Origin: Acidimicrobiia bacterium
GTDB lineage: Bacteria > Actinomycetota > Acidimicrobiia > Spongiisociales > UBA11373
Direction: 5' to 3'
Assembly: GCA_040878325.1 (NCBI GenBank)
Contig: JBBDMM010000004.1
Span: 62,001 to 104,484, forward strand
DNA: 42,484 nt
A program made the position numbers and the translations under genes. Positions 1 to 8,669 of the stretch are shown piece after piece. Under the pieces are notes generated by a model. The model was not told the DNA's origin and did not search any database. It saw only the letters and a list, made by a program, of their open reading frames with translations. Each line of letters opens with the position of its first letter. The first letter of the stretch is position 1.

Positions 1-146
1 TGGCAACGGTCGACCGCGCCGACGACATCCTGATCCTCGAGCGGGGGCGCGTCGTCGAGCACGGGCCGCGCGAGACGCTCGCCGCCGACCCCGATAGCCG
101 ATTCTCCACCTTGCTCCGCACCGGCATGGAGGAGTTGCTCGCATGA
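1..146 (+). CDS. ABC transporter ATP-binding/permease protein, 3' fragment (runs off window start)
   Basis: Frame from nt 3 reads ATVDRADDILILERGRVVEHGPRETLAADPDSRFSTLLRTGMEELLA*, a typical NBD C-terminus. Its TGA overlaps the next ATG (ATGA at 143-146). Confidence 0.85.
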   Translation, partial: ATVDRADDILILERGRVVEHGPRETLAADPDSRFSTLLRTGMEELLA

Positions 147-1921
147 CGACGCGCCGCATATCCACCGCCCAGCTCGGTCTCGGTCTCATCAAGTATCAGA
201 AGGGTCGCTACGCCGCCAACGTGCTCGCCTGGGCCTCGATCTGGGTGATGCCGATGATCCCCGCGCTGATCACCAAGGCGTTCTTCGACCGGATCACCGG
301 AGAGCAGACGGCCGGCTTCGACGTGCCCACCCTGGTGTGGCTCGTGGTGGTGTACGCCTTCGGGCGCATCACCGTGATGTTCCTCGGGATGTGGAATGAC
401 GCCCACCTGATGTTCCGGATCGCCACGCTGATGCGTCGCAACATGCTCGAGCGGATCTTTGAACTGCCGGGCGCCCAGTCGATGAAGGAGTCGCCGGGCG
501 AGGCGATCAGCCGGTTCCGCGACGACGTCGACGAGAACGTGGAGTCGTTCTCGTGGACCGTGGACATGATCGGGCTGTTCACCTTCACCGGACTGGCCAT
601 CTGGATCCTGGTCGGCATCGACGGGCTGCTGACGGCCCTGGTGTTCGGCCCCTCGATCGCGGTCGTCTACCTGGCGGCGATCGCCCGGCATCGCATCAAG
701 AGGTACCGCGAGGCGTCGCGCGAAGCGACCGGACGGATCACCGAGGCGCTGGGCGAAACGTTCGGTTCGGTGCAGGCCATCAAGGTCGCCGGGGCCGAGA
801 AGCCGATGATCGCCCACTTCCGGATGCTCAACGACCGGAGGCGGACCGCGGCGATCAAGGACAAGGTCCTGACGGCGATGCTCGAGTCGCTCTTCTGGAA
901 CACGATCAACATCGGGACCGGGATCATCCTGATCGTCGCCGCGTCGGCGATGCGGTCGGGTGAGTTCACCGTGGGTGAGTTCGCGGTGTTCGTGTACTTC
1001 CTCGGATTCGTCACTGACGCCGGATTCTTCCTCGGCCTGTTCATCGCCCGGTACCAGCAAGCCGCCGTGTCCTTCGGACGGATGGTGGAGCTGATGGGCG
1101 ACGACGCTCCCCCGCTGCGGCTCGTCGAGCCAGTGCCCCTCCATCTCACCGGCGAACTCCAGCCCCCGGATGTGGTGCCGCCGCATCTGGCGCCCCTCGA
1201 GACGCTCGAAGTGCGCGACCTCACCTTCCACTACCCGGCTTCCGACGACGGCATCGACGATGTGTCGTTCATGGTGCCGGCTGGCTCGTTCACGGTGATC
1301 ACCGGGCGAGTCGGGGCGGGCAAGACGACCTTGCTGCGGGCGATCCTGGGGCTGGTGAAGCCGCAACGCGGGGAAGTGGTGTGGAACGGTGAGGTGGTCG
1401 AGGAGCCGGCTGAGTTCTTCATCCCTCCGCGATCGGCCTACACCCCCCAGGTGCCGCGGCTCTTCTCCATGTCCCTGATGGAGAACCTGCTGATGGGGCG
1501 GCTCGACCATGAGACCGAGGTGCAGAGCGCGCTGGCCTCGGCGGTGATGGAACCCGACGTCGACGCGATGCCCGAGGGCCTGGCGACACTCGTCGGCCCG
1601 ATGGGAGTCCGCCTTTCCGGAGGACAGGTTCAGCGCTCGGCGACTGCCCGTATGTTCGTCCGCCGCCCCGACCTGCTGGTGTTCGACGACGTCTCGAGCG
1701 CCCTCGATGTCGAGACCGAACGCGTGCTGTGGGAGCGGTTGTTCCGGGAACGGTCCGGGGTCACCAGCCTGGTGGTGTCGCACCGTCACCCGGCACTGCA
1801 GCGGGCCGATCAGATCGTGGTCATGCATCAGGGCCGAGTGGCCGCGATCGGACGGCTCAACGACCTGCTGGCGACCAGCCCCGAGTTCCGCGCCCTGTGG
1901 GAAGGCGAGGCAGTCGACTGA
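143..1921 (+). CDS. ABC exporter, fused TMD + NBD (second half of a heterodimer)
   Basis: N-terminal TM helices, Walker A GRVGAGKT, signature LSGGQ, Walker B LLVFDD, H-loop VSHR. Confidence 0.93.
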   Translation: MTTRRISTAQLGLGLIKYQKGRYAANVLAWASIWVMPMIPALITKAFFDRITGEQTAGFDVPTLVWLVVVYAFGRITVMFLGMWNDAHLMFRIATLMRRNMLERIFELPGAQSMKESPGEAISRFRDDVDENVESFSWTVDMIGLFTFTGLAIWILVGIDGLLTALVFGPSIAVVYLAAIARHRIKRYREASREATGRITEALGETFGSVQAIKVAGAEKPMIAHFRMLNDRRRTAAIKDKVLTAMLESLFWNTINIGTGIILIVAASAMRSGEFTVGEFAVFVYFLGFVTDAGFFLGLFIARYQQAAVSFGRMVELMGDDAPPLRLVEPVPLHLTGELQPPDVVPPHLAPLETLEVRDLTFHYPASDDGIDDVSFMVPAGSFTVITGRVGAGKTTLLRAILGLVKPQRGEVVWNGEVVEEPAEFFIPPRSAYTPQVPRLFSMSLMENLLMGRLDHETEVQSALASAVMEPDVDAMPEGLATLVGPMGVRLSGGQVQRSATARMFVRRPDLLVFDDVSSALDVETERVLWERLFRERSGVTSLVVSHRHPALQRADQIVVMHQGRVAAIGRLNDLLATSPEFRALWEGEAVD

Positions 1922-1974
1922 CGTCGTCTGCCTCGCCCGCAATTCGCCGGACGCGCTGACCGCCTTTCGCCGCG

Positions 1975-2346
1975 TTAGGTCACATCGGGGCCGCCGACTC
2001 CGAGCCTCGCGGCCGCTGCTGCCAGTGGTCGATCGAGAGTCCAGAGATCGTGGGAGCCGAGGCGGCACGACGCCAACAGGTGGATGTCGACCCATCCCAG
2101 GCCCTGCCCCCAGAGCCGATGAGCGTCGAGCAAACCGCGCGCCTCACGGTGCTCCGCCACCGGGGCCTCAGCGAGCCGATCGAGGAGCCCGAGGACCTCG
2201 TCGCGGCCCCTCAGCGTGCCGCAAGCGAGTTCGCCGACTACGAAGGGATGGAGTACAACGAGTGCTTCGTCGAGCAGGCCGGCCAGTCGCGGCGATGACA
2301 CCCTGAAGTGGTCGATCCAGACGGATGTGTCGACGAGGGTGGTCAC
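1975..2346 (-). CDS. vapC: VapC-family PIN-domain toxin
   Basis: LVDTSVWID N-terminal PIN motif, VVGELACG, VDIHLLA, LWTLDR; lies directly downstream of the antitoxin. Confidence 0.92.
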   Translation of the reverse strand: MTTLVDTSVWIDHFRVSSPRLAGLLDEALVVLHPFVVGELACGTLRGRDEVLGLLDRLAEAPVAEHREARGLLDAHRLWGQGLGWVDIHLLASCRLGSHDLWTLDRPLAAAAARLGVGGPDVT

Positions 2347-2538
2347 TCAGGCTGACCGGCGGCGCCGGCCCGCCTCGGCAGAGGGATCACTCCCGCCCAT
2401 CGCTGCCAGCCGTCGGGCGCTCTCCCGGGCGATAAGGGCTTCCAACCCGGCGCGCACAACGGCAGACTTGCCTGTGATCCCGCTGAGCCGCTGCGCCTCC
2501 TCGACCAGTGCGTCGTCGAGGATCAGTGTGGTTCGCAT
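2347..2538 (-). CDS. vapB: VapB-family antitoxin (ribbon-helix-helix)
   Basis: MRTTLILDDALVEEAQRLSGITGKSAVVRAGLEALIARE, abutting vapC. Start placed at 2538 because of the promoter position; alternative ATG at 2544. Confidence 0.9.
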   Translation of the reverse strand: MRTTLILDDALVEEAQRLSGITGKSAVVRAGLEALIARESARRLAAMGGSDPSAEAGRRRRSA

Positions 2539-2576
2539 ATGCATATCAGTATGCCTAATAAGTATGCTGGCGTCAA
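2535..2576 (-). promoter_or_regulatory. vapBC promoter with overlapping inverted repeats (putative autoregulatory operator)
   Basis: Minus strand TTGACG (2576-2571)-17 nt-CATACT (2553-2548). Inverted repeat GCATA-tcag-TATGC at 2541-2554 and palindrome GCATATGC at 2535-2542. Confidence 0.65.
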
Positions 2577-2779
2577 CGGTGTCGGTCCGGGTTACCCAGC
2601 CGTCGTAGGCTTTCTAGGTGAGGTTGGTGATTGTCCCCCTCACCGCCGTTGTCTTCGAGGTCGTAGAGGAGTGCCCCAGGTTCGTCGAATTCTCGGTTCC
2701 ACTTACTCCATAGCCTGGGCAGATCCACCCCCTGCTCGACCGCGCGCGGCACCAGATCGAGCACCACTACCGTCCCCTG

Positions 2780-4144
2780 GTGTCCACCCTCCTCGTGAAG
2801 AACGCCCATGTGCTCGTCGCCATGGACGAAGGGCGGCGGGAGATCCCCGGTGGCGGGTTGTTCGCTCGCAAGGGCGTCATCGAACAAGTGGGGCCGACCT
2901 CCGAGCTTCCCAACAATGCTGACCAGGTCTTCGACGCCGCCGGAATGCTGGTGCTCCCCGGGTTGGTGAACACCCACCACCACCTCTATCAGTCCCTCAC
3001 CCGGGCGGTCCCGGGCGCCCAGGATGTGCCGTTGTTCGATTGGCTCCGCACCCTCTATCCGATTTGGGCGAACCTCGATCCGACGTCGGTAACCCTCGCC
3101 ACGACGCTCGGACTGCTGGAACTCGCCAAGTCGGGCTGCACCACCGCCTTCGATCATCAATATCTGTGGCCCAACGGATCGCGGGTCGACGACCAGGTGG
3201 AGGGCGCCCGCGAGGTCGGGATCCGCTTCCACGCTTCGCGCGGTTCGATGAGCCTCAGCGAGAAGGACGGTGGATTACCCCCCGACTCGGTGGTCCAGGA
3301 CCACGACACGATCATCGCCGACACCATCCGGGTCATCGAGCAGTTCCACGATCCTCACTTGGGCTCGATGGTGCAGATCGCGGTATCGCCGTGCTCTCCT
3401 TTCACCGTCACCGAGGAGTTGATGCGCGATTCGGCCGACCTAGCTCGGGAGAAGGGCGTACGTCTCCACACGCACCTCGCCGAGACCAAGGACGAGGAGA
3501 GATTCACCATCGATCGGTTTGGCAAGCGTCCGATCGCGTACGCCGCCGACCTGGGGTGGCTCGGCGACGACATCTGGTTCGCTCATGCAGTGTTCGTCGA
3601 ACCCGGTGAGATCCTGCAGTTGGCGGCCACCAGGACAGGAGTCGCCCACTGCCCGTCGTCGAACATGCGGCTGGCTTCGGGAATCGCCCCGGTTCCCGCC
3701 TATCTCGCCGCCGGAGTGCCAGTGGGGCTGGGGGTCGACGGTTCGGCCAGCAACGACTCGGGCAATCTCCTCGCCGAGGCGCGTCAGGCCCTGCTACTGG
3801 GACGGCTCGGCGTCAGCCCCGGCATCGGAGCCGGACCGCAGATGCCGGCTCGGACCGCTCTCGAAATCGCCACCCGCGGCGGCGCCGAGGTGCTGGGACG
3901 AGGCGACATCGGAGCGCTCGAGACGGGACGCATGGCCGACTTCTTCACCCTCGACCTCGGCCGGGTCGAGTTCTCCGGCGGCCTTCATGACCCGGTGGCC
4001 GCAGCAGTCATGTGCTCCCCGGCACCCGCCCGTGATGTCTTCGTCGGCGGCGAGCCGGTGATCGAGGACTACCAGCACCGATCGATCGACGAGGAAACAC
4101 TGGTGGAATACCACAATCGAGCTGCTTCAGCCCTGATGGGCTGA
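2780..4144 (+). CDS. 8-oxoguanine deaminase / AtzB-like amidohydrolase
   Basis: PGLVNTHHHLYQSLTRA, PCSPF, LHTHLAET, HCPSSNMRL, GVDGSASND motifs; TACCGT-6 nt-GTG leaderless start. Confidence 0.88.
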   Translation: MSTLLVKNAHVLVAMDEGRREIPGGGLFARKGVIEQVGPTSELPNNADQVFDAAGMLVLPGLVNTHHHLYQSLTRAVPGAQDVPLFDWLRTLYPIWANLDPTSVTLATTLGLLELAKSGCTTAFDHQYLWPNGSRVDDQVEGAREVGIRFHASRGSMSLSEKDGGLPPDSVVQDHDTIIADTIRVIEQFHDPHLGSMVQIAVSPCSPFTVTEELMRDSADLAREKGVRLHTHLAETKDEERFTIDRFGKRPIAYAADLGWLGDDIWFAHAVFVEPGEILQLAATRTGVAHCPSSNMRLASGIAPVPAYLAAGVPVGLGVDGSASNDSGNLLAEARQALLLGRLGVSPGIGAGPQMPARTALEIATRGGAEVLGRGDIGALETGRMADFFTLDLGRVEFSGGLHDPVAAAVMCSPAPARDVFVGGEPVIEDYQHRSIDEETLVEYHNRAASALMG

Positions 4145-4149
4145 AGCAG

Positions 4150-4214
4150 GAGTCAAGAGTCAAGAGTCAAGAAGATCGTCTACCGCTCTTGTCTTGACTC
4201 TTGACTCTTGACTC
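4150..4214. repeat. Inverted pair of heptamer arrays (GAGTCAA)3 ... (TTGACTC)3 forming a hairpin
   Basis: 4150-4172 is the reverse complement of 4192-4214; starts 6 nt after the deaminase stop, between convergent genes. Confidence 0.9.
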
Positions 4215-4361
4215 TGCCAAGTGCCTCTCGCACATTCTGGGATGCGTTCCGGGCACGGCTATCCGGCGGCATTGCTCGCCGTTGTCGGCGGCCGAGCACG
4301 GGAGCGGGACGGCGCATTCGGGCACAACGGCACGGTAGTGGCGCCGTCCTAACGCTTGGGG

Positions 4362-4871
4362 TCAGGCGCTGGTGTCTAGCAGTCCGCCCAGCAGATCGGC
4401 GTTCACCCCTCGCTGGTTCAGGATCTCCTGCTGCCTGGTGATGTCGCCCCTGGTCGGCGCCGCCAGCGCGTACGCCGGCGCAGCGAACACCAGCGCCACG
4501 AGATAGATGGCAAAGGTGCCGGTGAACAAGAAGAGCACCACCCCGACGATCACGACCGCCTCCGCGACCGCCAGTAGCGCGAACATCGAGATCCCATAGG
4601 AGCTGGCGACCTCCGCCGAAGTCCTTCCACGGAGGAGGCGCCTCTTGAGCAGCCCCGCGATCGAAACGCTCATCGCCCCCACCACGGCGAGGATCGCCAC
4701 CGCGGGACCGGTTCCCAGCAGGGGCTCATCGACATCGACGAACGACAGGCCGACGAGCACGACGACCAAAACGATCAGGAACGCGACGAACACGGTGCGC
4801 AGGAGGACGAGACCGCCGGCGCGCGGCTGCAACAACGAACCCCACCCCGGATCTCTTGGGTCGTCGGCCAT
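4362..4871 (-). CDS. Hypothetical integral membrane protein (about 4 TM)
   Basis: Four hydrophobic segments; GAAGGTGG SD-like sequence upstream. Confidence 0.75.
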   Translation of the reverse strand: MADDPRDPGWGSLLQPRAGGLVLLRTVFVAFLIVLVVVLVGLSFVDVDEPLLGTGPAVAILAVVGAMSVSIAGLLKRRLLRGRTSAEVASSYGISMFALLAVAEAVVIVGVVLFLFTGTFAIYLVALVFAAPAYALAAPTRGDITRQQEILNQRGVNADLLGGLLDTSA

Positions 4872-4911
4872 CCCACCACCACCTTCAAACGTCTAGCCAG
4901 TATGTCGCGGC

Positions 4912-5727
4912 TCACCCGTGCTCGTCGGTGCTGGGAGGTTCGGCGTGGATGGTTCGCTCTTGGTGGATGTGACGACCAGGGACCGGCTGGTGGGCGGGGT
5001 CGTCCAGAAAGAGGCCCTTTTCGGTCGCATGCAGCAGGCTGGTGCCGTAGGCGGCGACCAGGTTCTCGGTGGTGAGCACCTCGGCCGGCGGCCCAGCAGC
5101 GACCACCCTGCCGGCGAGCAGCAGCACCCAGTCGGCGGCGCGAGCCTCGGCGAGCTCGTGGGTGCTCATGATCACCGTGCGGCCCGCCGCCTGCTCCTCG
5201 TGGATCAGGTCGTCAATCGCCCGGGCGGAGGTGAGGTCGAGCCCGGTGAGCGGCTCGTCGAGGAGCAGCAGGTCATGATCCTGGGCGATCCCCTGGGCCA
5301 CGAACACCCGCTGACGTTCCCCGCCCGACAGCTCGTGGAGGTGGCGATCGGCGAGGGGGGCAACTCCCATCCGGTCCATCGCCTGCTCGACCGCCTCACG
5401 GTCGCGGGGGCGGAGCCGCCCGTACGGGCCGGTCGAGGCGTAACGGCCCATCGTGGCAACCTCTCGCACCGTGACATGAAGCGTCTCGTTGACCTTGGTC
5501 GCCTGGAGGACGTAGGACACCCGGGCCTCGCCGCTTTCGACCCGCAAGGTGCCCGACTCGGGTACTACCAGCCCGGCGATGGCATTGAGGATCGTCGATT
5601 TTCCGGAGCCGTTGGGGCCGATGAAGGCCGTCACCACTCCCGCGGGAATGGCAAAGGTCGATGAAGCCAGGGCGACCCGGGCCCCATACCGCAGGACGAT
5701 CCGGTCGGCATCGACCACTAACGGCAT
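4912..5727 (-). CDS. znuC: Zn/Mn ABC transporter ATP-binding subunit (ZnuC/AztA-like)
   Basis: GPNGSGKST, LSGGERQR, LLLLDEP and a His-rich C-tail. Start trimmed to MPLVVDADR, overlapping the Fur-family gene end. Confidence 0.88.
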   Translation of the reverse strand: MPLVVDADRIVLRYGARVALASSTFAIPAGVVTAFIGPNGSGKSTILNAIAGLVVPESGTLRVESGEARVSYVLQATKVNETLHVTVREVATMGRYASTGPYGRLRPRDREAVEQAMDRMGVAPLADRHLHELSGGERQRVFVAQGIAQDHDLLLLDEPLTGLDLTSARAIDDLIHEEQAAGRTVIMSTHELAEARAADWVLLLAGRVVAAGPPAEVLTTENLVAAYGTSLLHATEKGLFLDDPAHQPVPGRHIHQERTIHAEPPSTDEHG

Positions 5728-6155
5728 CGGGGGCACCGCCCTTCGATCTCGAGGACGTGGTCCAGCGGGGCAAATCCGGAGGCGAGGGCGAGCGATTCGA
5801 CCAGCCGGCGGAGCGCCACCTCCTCCCCTTTGGGAACGGTCACGTCTTCGACCATGCCGCAGTCGATGCACACCAGGTGGTGATGATGGCCCGCGATCCA
5901 TTCGGCCAACTCGTAGCGGGTGACCCCCCGCGCCCCATGATGGGGGGCCACCACCCCGGCTTCCTCCAAAACGCCGAGCGACCGATAAAGGGAGGACACC
6001 GGAACCCTCGGCCGCAGCCCCGCAACGAGTTCAGCAGCCGAACGAGGCCCGTCGGCCCGCGCCAGGGCGGCGACCACCGAGCGGCGCCCCCGGGTGTAGC
6101 GGACTCCGTGACCGGTGAGCCGCTCCTCGACCCTCTGATCGACTGTTGCCACCAA
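5718..6155 (-). CDS. zur: Fur-family metalloregulator, probably Zur
   Basis: RYTRGRR, SLYRSL, HHHHLVCIDCG and CPRC motifs; embedded in a zinc ABC locus. Confidence 0.82.
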   Translation of the reverse strand: MVATVDQRVEERLTGHGVRYTRGRRSVVAALARADGPRSAAELVAGLRPRVPVSSLYRSLGVLEEAGVVAPHHGARGVTRYELAEWIAGHHHHLVCIDCGMVEDVTVPKGEEVALRRLVESLALASGFAPLDHVLEIEGRCPRCR

Positions 6156-6180
6156 GTCGGACCTCTGTTACCTTGCCGGG

Positions 6181-7143
6181 ATGAACAATAGGAATGATTC
6201 TCATTTTCGTCAAGTTGCTGGGAACGGTCTGATTCGCCTGGTCGCCGGCCTGCTCCTCGCCGTCGGCGTGCTGGCGGGATGCTCCGAGCGCGCCGACGAC
6301 GACCGCCCCCTGGTGGTGGCCACCACCACCATGCTCGGCGATGTGGCAGCCAACATCGTGGGCGAGAGCGCCCGGCTCGAAGTGCTGATGCCCCGCGGGG
6401 TTGATCCCCACGACTATGAGCCGTCCTCCCAGGAGGTGGCCCTGCTCGCCGAGGCGGATCTGGTGATCGCCAACGGGCTGGAGCTCGAGGAGGGCCTCGA
6501 GGATGTAATCGCGGGGGTCATCGACGACGGGGTCCGGGTGCTCGAGGTGGCGCCCCTGCTCGACCCGCTCCCCTTCGGCGAAGACGACCACGCCGACGAA
6601 GATGACCACGACCACTCGCTCGACCCTCATGTGTGGCTCGATCCGCTGCGGATGGCCCAGGCGGCCCGGCTGATCGCCGATGAGCTCGCCAAGATCGACC
6701 CGTCGGTCGACTGGTCCGCCCGCGCCGACGCGTACGCGGCCGAACTCGAGGCCGCCGACGAGCGCATTATCGCCATCCTCGCCTCGGTGCCGACCGACCG
6801 TCGCCTGCTGGTCACCAACCATGACGCCATCGGCTACTTCGCCGACCGATACGGGTTCGAAGTGGTCGGGGTGGTCATTCCGGGCGGCTCCACCCTCGGC
6901 GAGCCCGGCTCCCAGGCGCTCGCCGATCTGGTGGCCCTGATCGACGAACTGAGTGTGCCGGCGATCTTCGCCGACACCAGCGAGCCGGGTGCGGTGGCCG
7001 CCGCGGTCGCCGCCGAAGCCCGCGAGCCCGTGGCGGTGGTGAACCTCCACACCGAATCACTCGACGCTGAGGGCTCCCCCGCCGCCACGCTGATCGGGAT
7101 GCTCGAGGAGAACGCCCGGCTGATCGCCGACGCCCTAGCGTGA
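6181..7143 (+). CDS. znuA: Zn ABC transporter substrate-binding lipoprotein (ZnuA/AztC-like)
   Basis: Lipobox LAGC, DPHDYEP, acidic His loop EDDHADEDDHDH, DPHVWLDP, TNHDA. Confidence 0.9.
   Translation: MNNRNDSHFRQVAGNGLIRLVAGLLLAVGVLAGCSERADDDRPLVVATTTMLGDVAANIVGESARLEVLMPRGVDPHDYEPSSQEVALLAEADLVIANGLELEEGLEDVIAGVIDDGVRVLEVAPLLDPLPFGEDDHADEDDHDHSLDPHVWLDPLRMAQAARLIADELAKIDPSVDWSARADAYAAELEAADERIIAILASVPTDRRLLVTNHDAIGYFADRYGFEVVGVVIPGGSTLGEPGSQALADLVALIDELSVPAIFADTSEPGAVAAAVAAEAREPVAVVNLHTESLDAEGSPAATLIGMLEENARLIADALA
6187..6205. promoter_or_regulatory. Putative Fur/Zur box
   Basis: AT-rich imperfect 9-1-9 palindrome AATAGGAAT-G-ATTCTCATT at the divergence point of zur and znuA. Confidence 0.65.
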
Positions 7144-7147
7144 CATC

Positions 7148-7975
7148 ATGGATTGGCTGACCGACCCGTTCTCTCTCGCCTTCCAGCAACGTGCCCTGCT
7201 GGGTGGGGCGCTGGCGGCGGTGGCCACCTCGATGGTGGGCATTTGGGTCGTCGTCCGGGGGATGACCTTCCTTGGCGACGCCCTGGTCCATGGCGTGGTC
7301 CCCGGGATCGCCCTCTCGGTGCTCCTTGGGTTCAACCCCCTGATCGGGGCGGCGGTCGCCGCGCTGGTGATGATCGGTGGGATCCGCCTGGTGCACCGCC
7401 AGACCACGTTCTCCGAGGACACCGGCATCGGCCTGCTCTTCGTCGGGATGCTCGGCCTCGGCGTGATCCTGATCTCACGGTCGTCGTCGTACACCGGAAA
7501 CCTCACCGGGATCCTCTTCGGCAACGCCCTCGGCGTGTCGGCGGGCGATGTGCTGCTCCTGGCGGTGGTGGCGGCGATCGCCACCGTCACCTCGATCGCC
7601 TTCTACCGCCAGTTTCTCGTGCTGTCATTCAACGAGGACAAGGCCCGACTCCTCGGGCTGCGTCCCGACCTGGCCCACGGCGTGCTTCTCGCCCTGGTGA
7701 CCCTGGCGATCATCGGATCCTTCCAGACCGTGGGCACGCTCCTCGTGTTCGGGCTGCTCGTGGGGCCTCCGGCCACGGCGGCGCTCCTCTTCCGCCGGGT
7801 CCGCACGATGATGCTGGCGTCGGCGGCGATCGGGGTGCTGTCGGTATTCGTCGGCCTGATCATCTCGTACCACGCCGACACCTCCGGGTCGGCCACGATG
7901 GCAGTCGTCCCGGTAGCGCTGTTCTTCGCCGTACTTGCCCTCAAGAGCATCGGACGCCCGCGCCCGGAGGCGTGA
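7148..7975 (+). CDS. znuB: Zn ABC transporter permease (ZnuB/AztB-like)
   Basis: RGMTFLGDALVHGVVPG, SEDTGIG, LFGNALGV, VGTLLV motifs; multi-pass TM. Confidence 0.92.
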   Translation: MDWLTDPFSLAFQQRALLGGALAAVATSMVGIWVVVRGMTFLGDALVHGVVPGIALSVLLGFNPLIGAAVAALVMIGGIRLVHRQTTFSEDTGIGLLFVGMLGLGVILISRSSSYTGNLTGILFGNALGVSAGDVLLLAVVAAIATVTSIAFYRQFLVLSFNEDKARLLGLRPDLAHGVLLALVTLAIIGSFQTVGTLLVFGLLVGPPATAALLFRRVRTMMLASAAIGVLSVFVGLIISYHADTSGSATMAVVPVALFFAVLALKSIGRPRPEA

Positions 7976-8022
7976 CCCGCATCGCATTGCGAACTGAGCC
8001 TTTCGCCCCACGCCTCCGAATC

Positions 8023-8044
8023 TGTCACAGGCAAGGCATACCTT
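8023..8044 (+). promoter_or_regulatory. RecA-NDp/PafBC-type promoter candidate
   Basis: TGTCAC-N10-TACCTT versus the actinobacterial TGTCRG-N10-TANNNT motif (one mismatch). Confidence 0.4.
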
Positions 8045-8107
8045 CCGCGCAAATATTCGAGTGCGGCTCGATCCCGACCGTGATCGGGTCGAAGAAAGGG
8101 GTCACCG

Positions 8108-8605
8108 ATGGATCTCGAAGCCTGGCACGACCAGGAGGAAGCCCGGATGACCGAGGCGATCCGCCGGGTCGGCTGGCAAATCCAATATGTCGGCGGCGGA
8201 ACCTGCAGCCGGCCCGGGTGCGATCCGGCGCCCGACGATCAGCCGCCCTTTGCCTACACCACCGGGTTGTTCGGGCTCGGCCACGCCGAGTTGTTGATCG
8301 TCGGGGTCGACCCGGCGACGGCCAGCGGCGTCCTCAATGACCTCGGGCAGCGGGTGATGGACGGGGACACCGTGATGCCCGGCGCGGTCATCACCTTCGC
8401 GAAATGGCCTCATCGGATCATCCCCGAACCGGTACCCAACCCTGGCGAGATCCTGTTGTGGGCTAACCGCTTCTACCAGCGCCCTGCCGAGTACTCGGTG
8501 CCTGCGCTCCAACTCACCTACGACGACGCGGCCGGCCGCTTCCCCTGGGACGAGGGCTACGCCGCACCGGAACTTCAACCGCGGCCCGGGACCTTCGCCG
8601 CGTGA
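8108..8605 (+). CDS. DUF4262-domain protein
   Basis: IRRVGWQIQYV, PFAYTTGLFGLGHAELLIVG, ALQLTYDDAAGRFPWD match the DUF4262 pattern; SD GAAAGGGG. Confidence 0.8.
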   Translation: MDLEAWHDQEEARMTEAIRRVGWQIQYVGGGTCSRPGCDPAPDDQPPFAYTTGLFGLGHAELLIVGVDPATASGVLNDLGQRVMDGDTVMPGAVITFAKWPHRIIPEPVPNPGEILLWANRFYQRPAEYSVPALQLTYDDAAGRFPWDEGYAAPELQPRPGTFAA

Positions 8606-8669
8606 GGTTGCTCGGTGAACGCGACGCGGCAAAGAGCCTCCCGCAGCCCCCGCTCCTAATCTGACCGCG

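Noticed and set aside
8045..8062. LexA SOS box upstream of the DUF4262 gene
   Set aside because: Only a partial half-site (ATTCGA) of TCGAAC-N4-GTTCGA is present.
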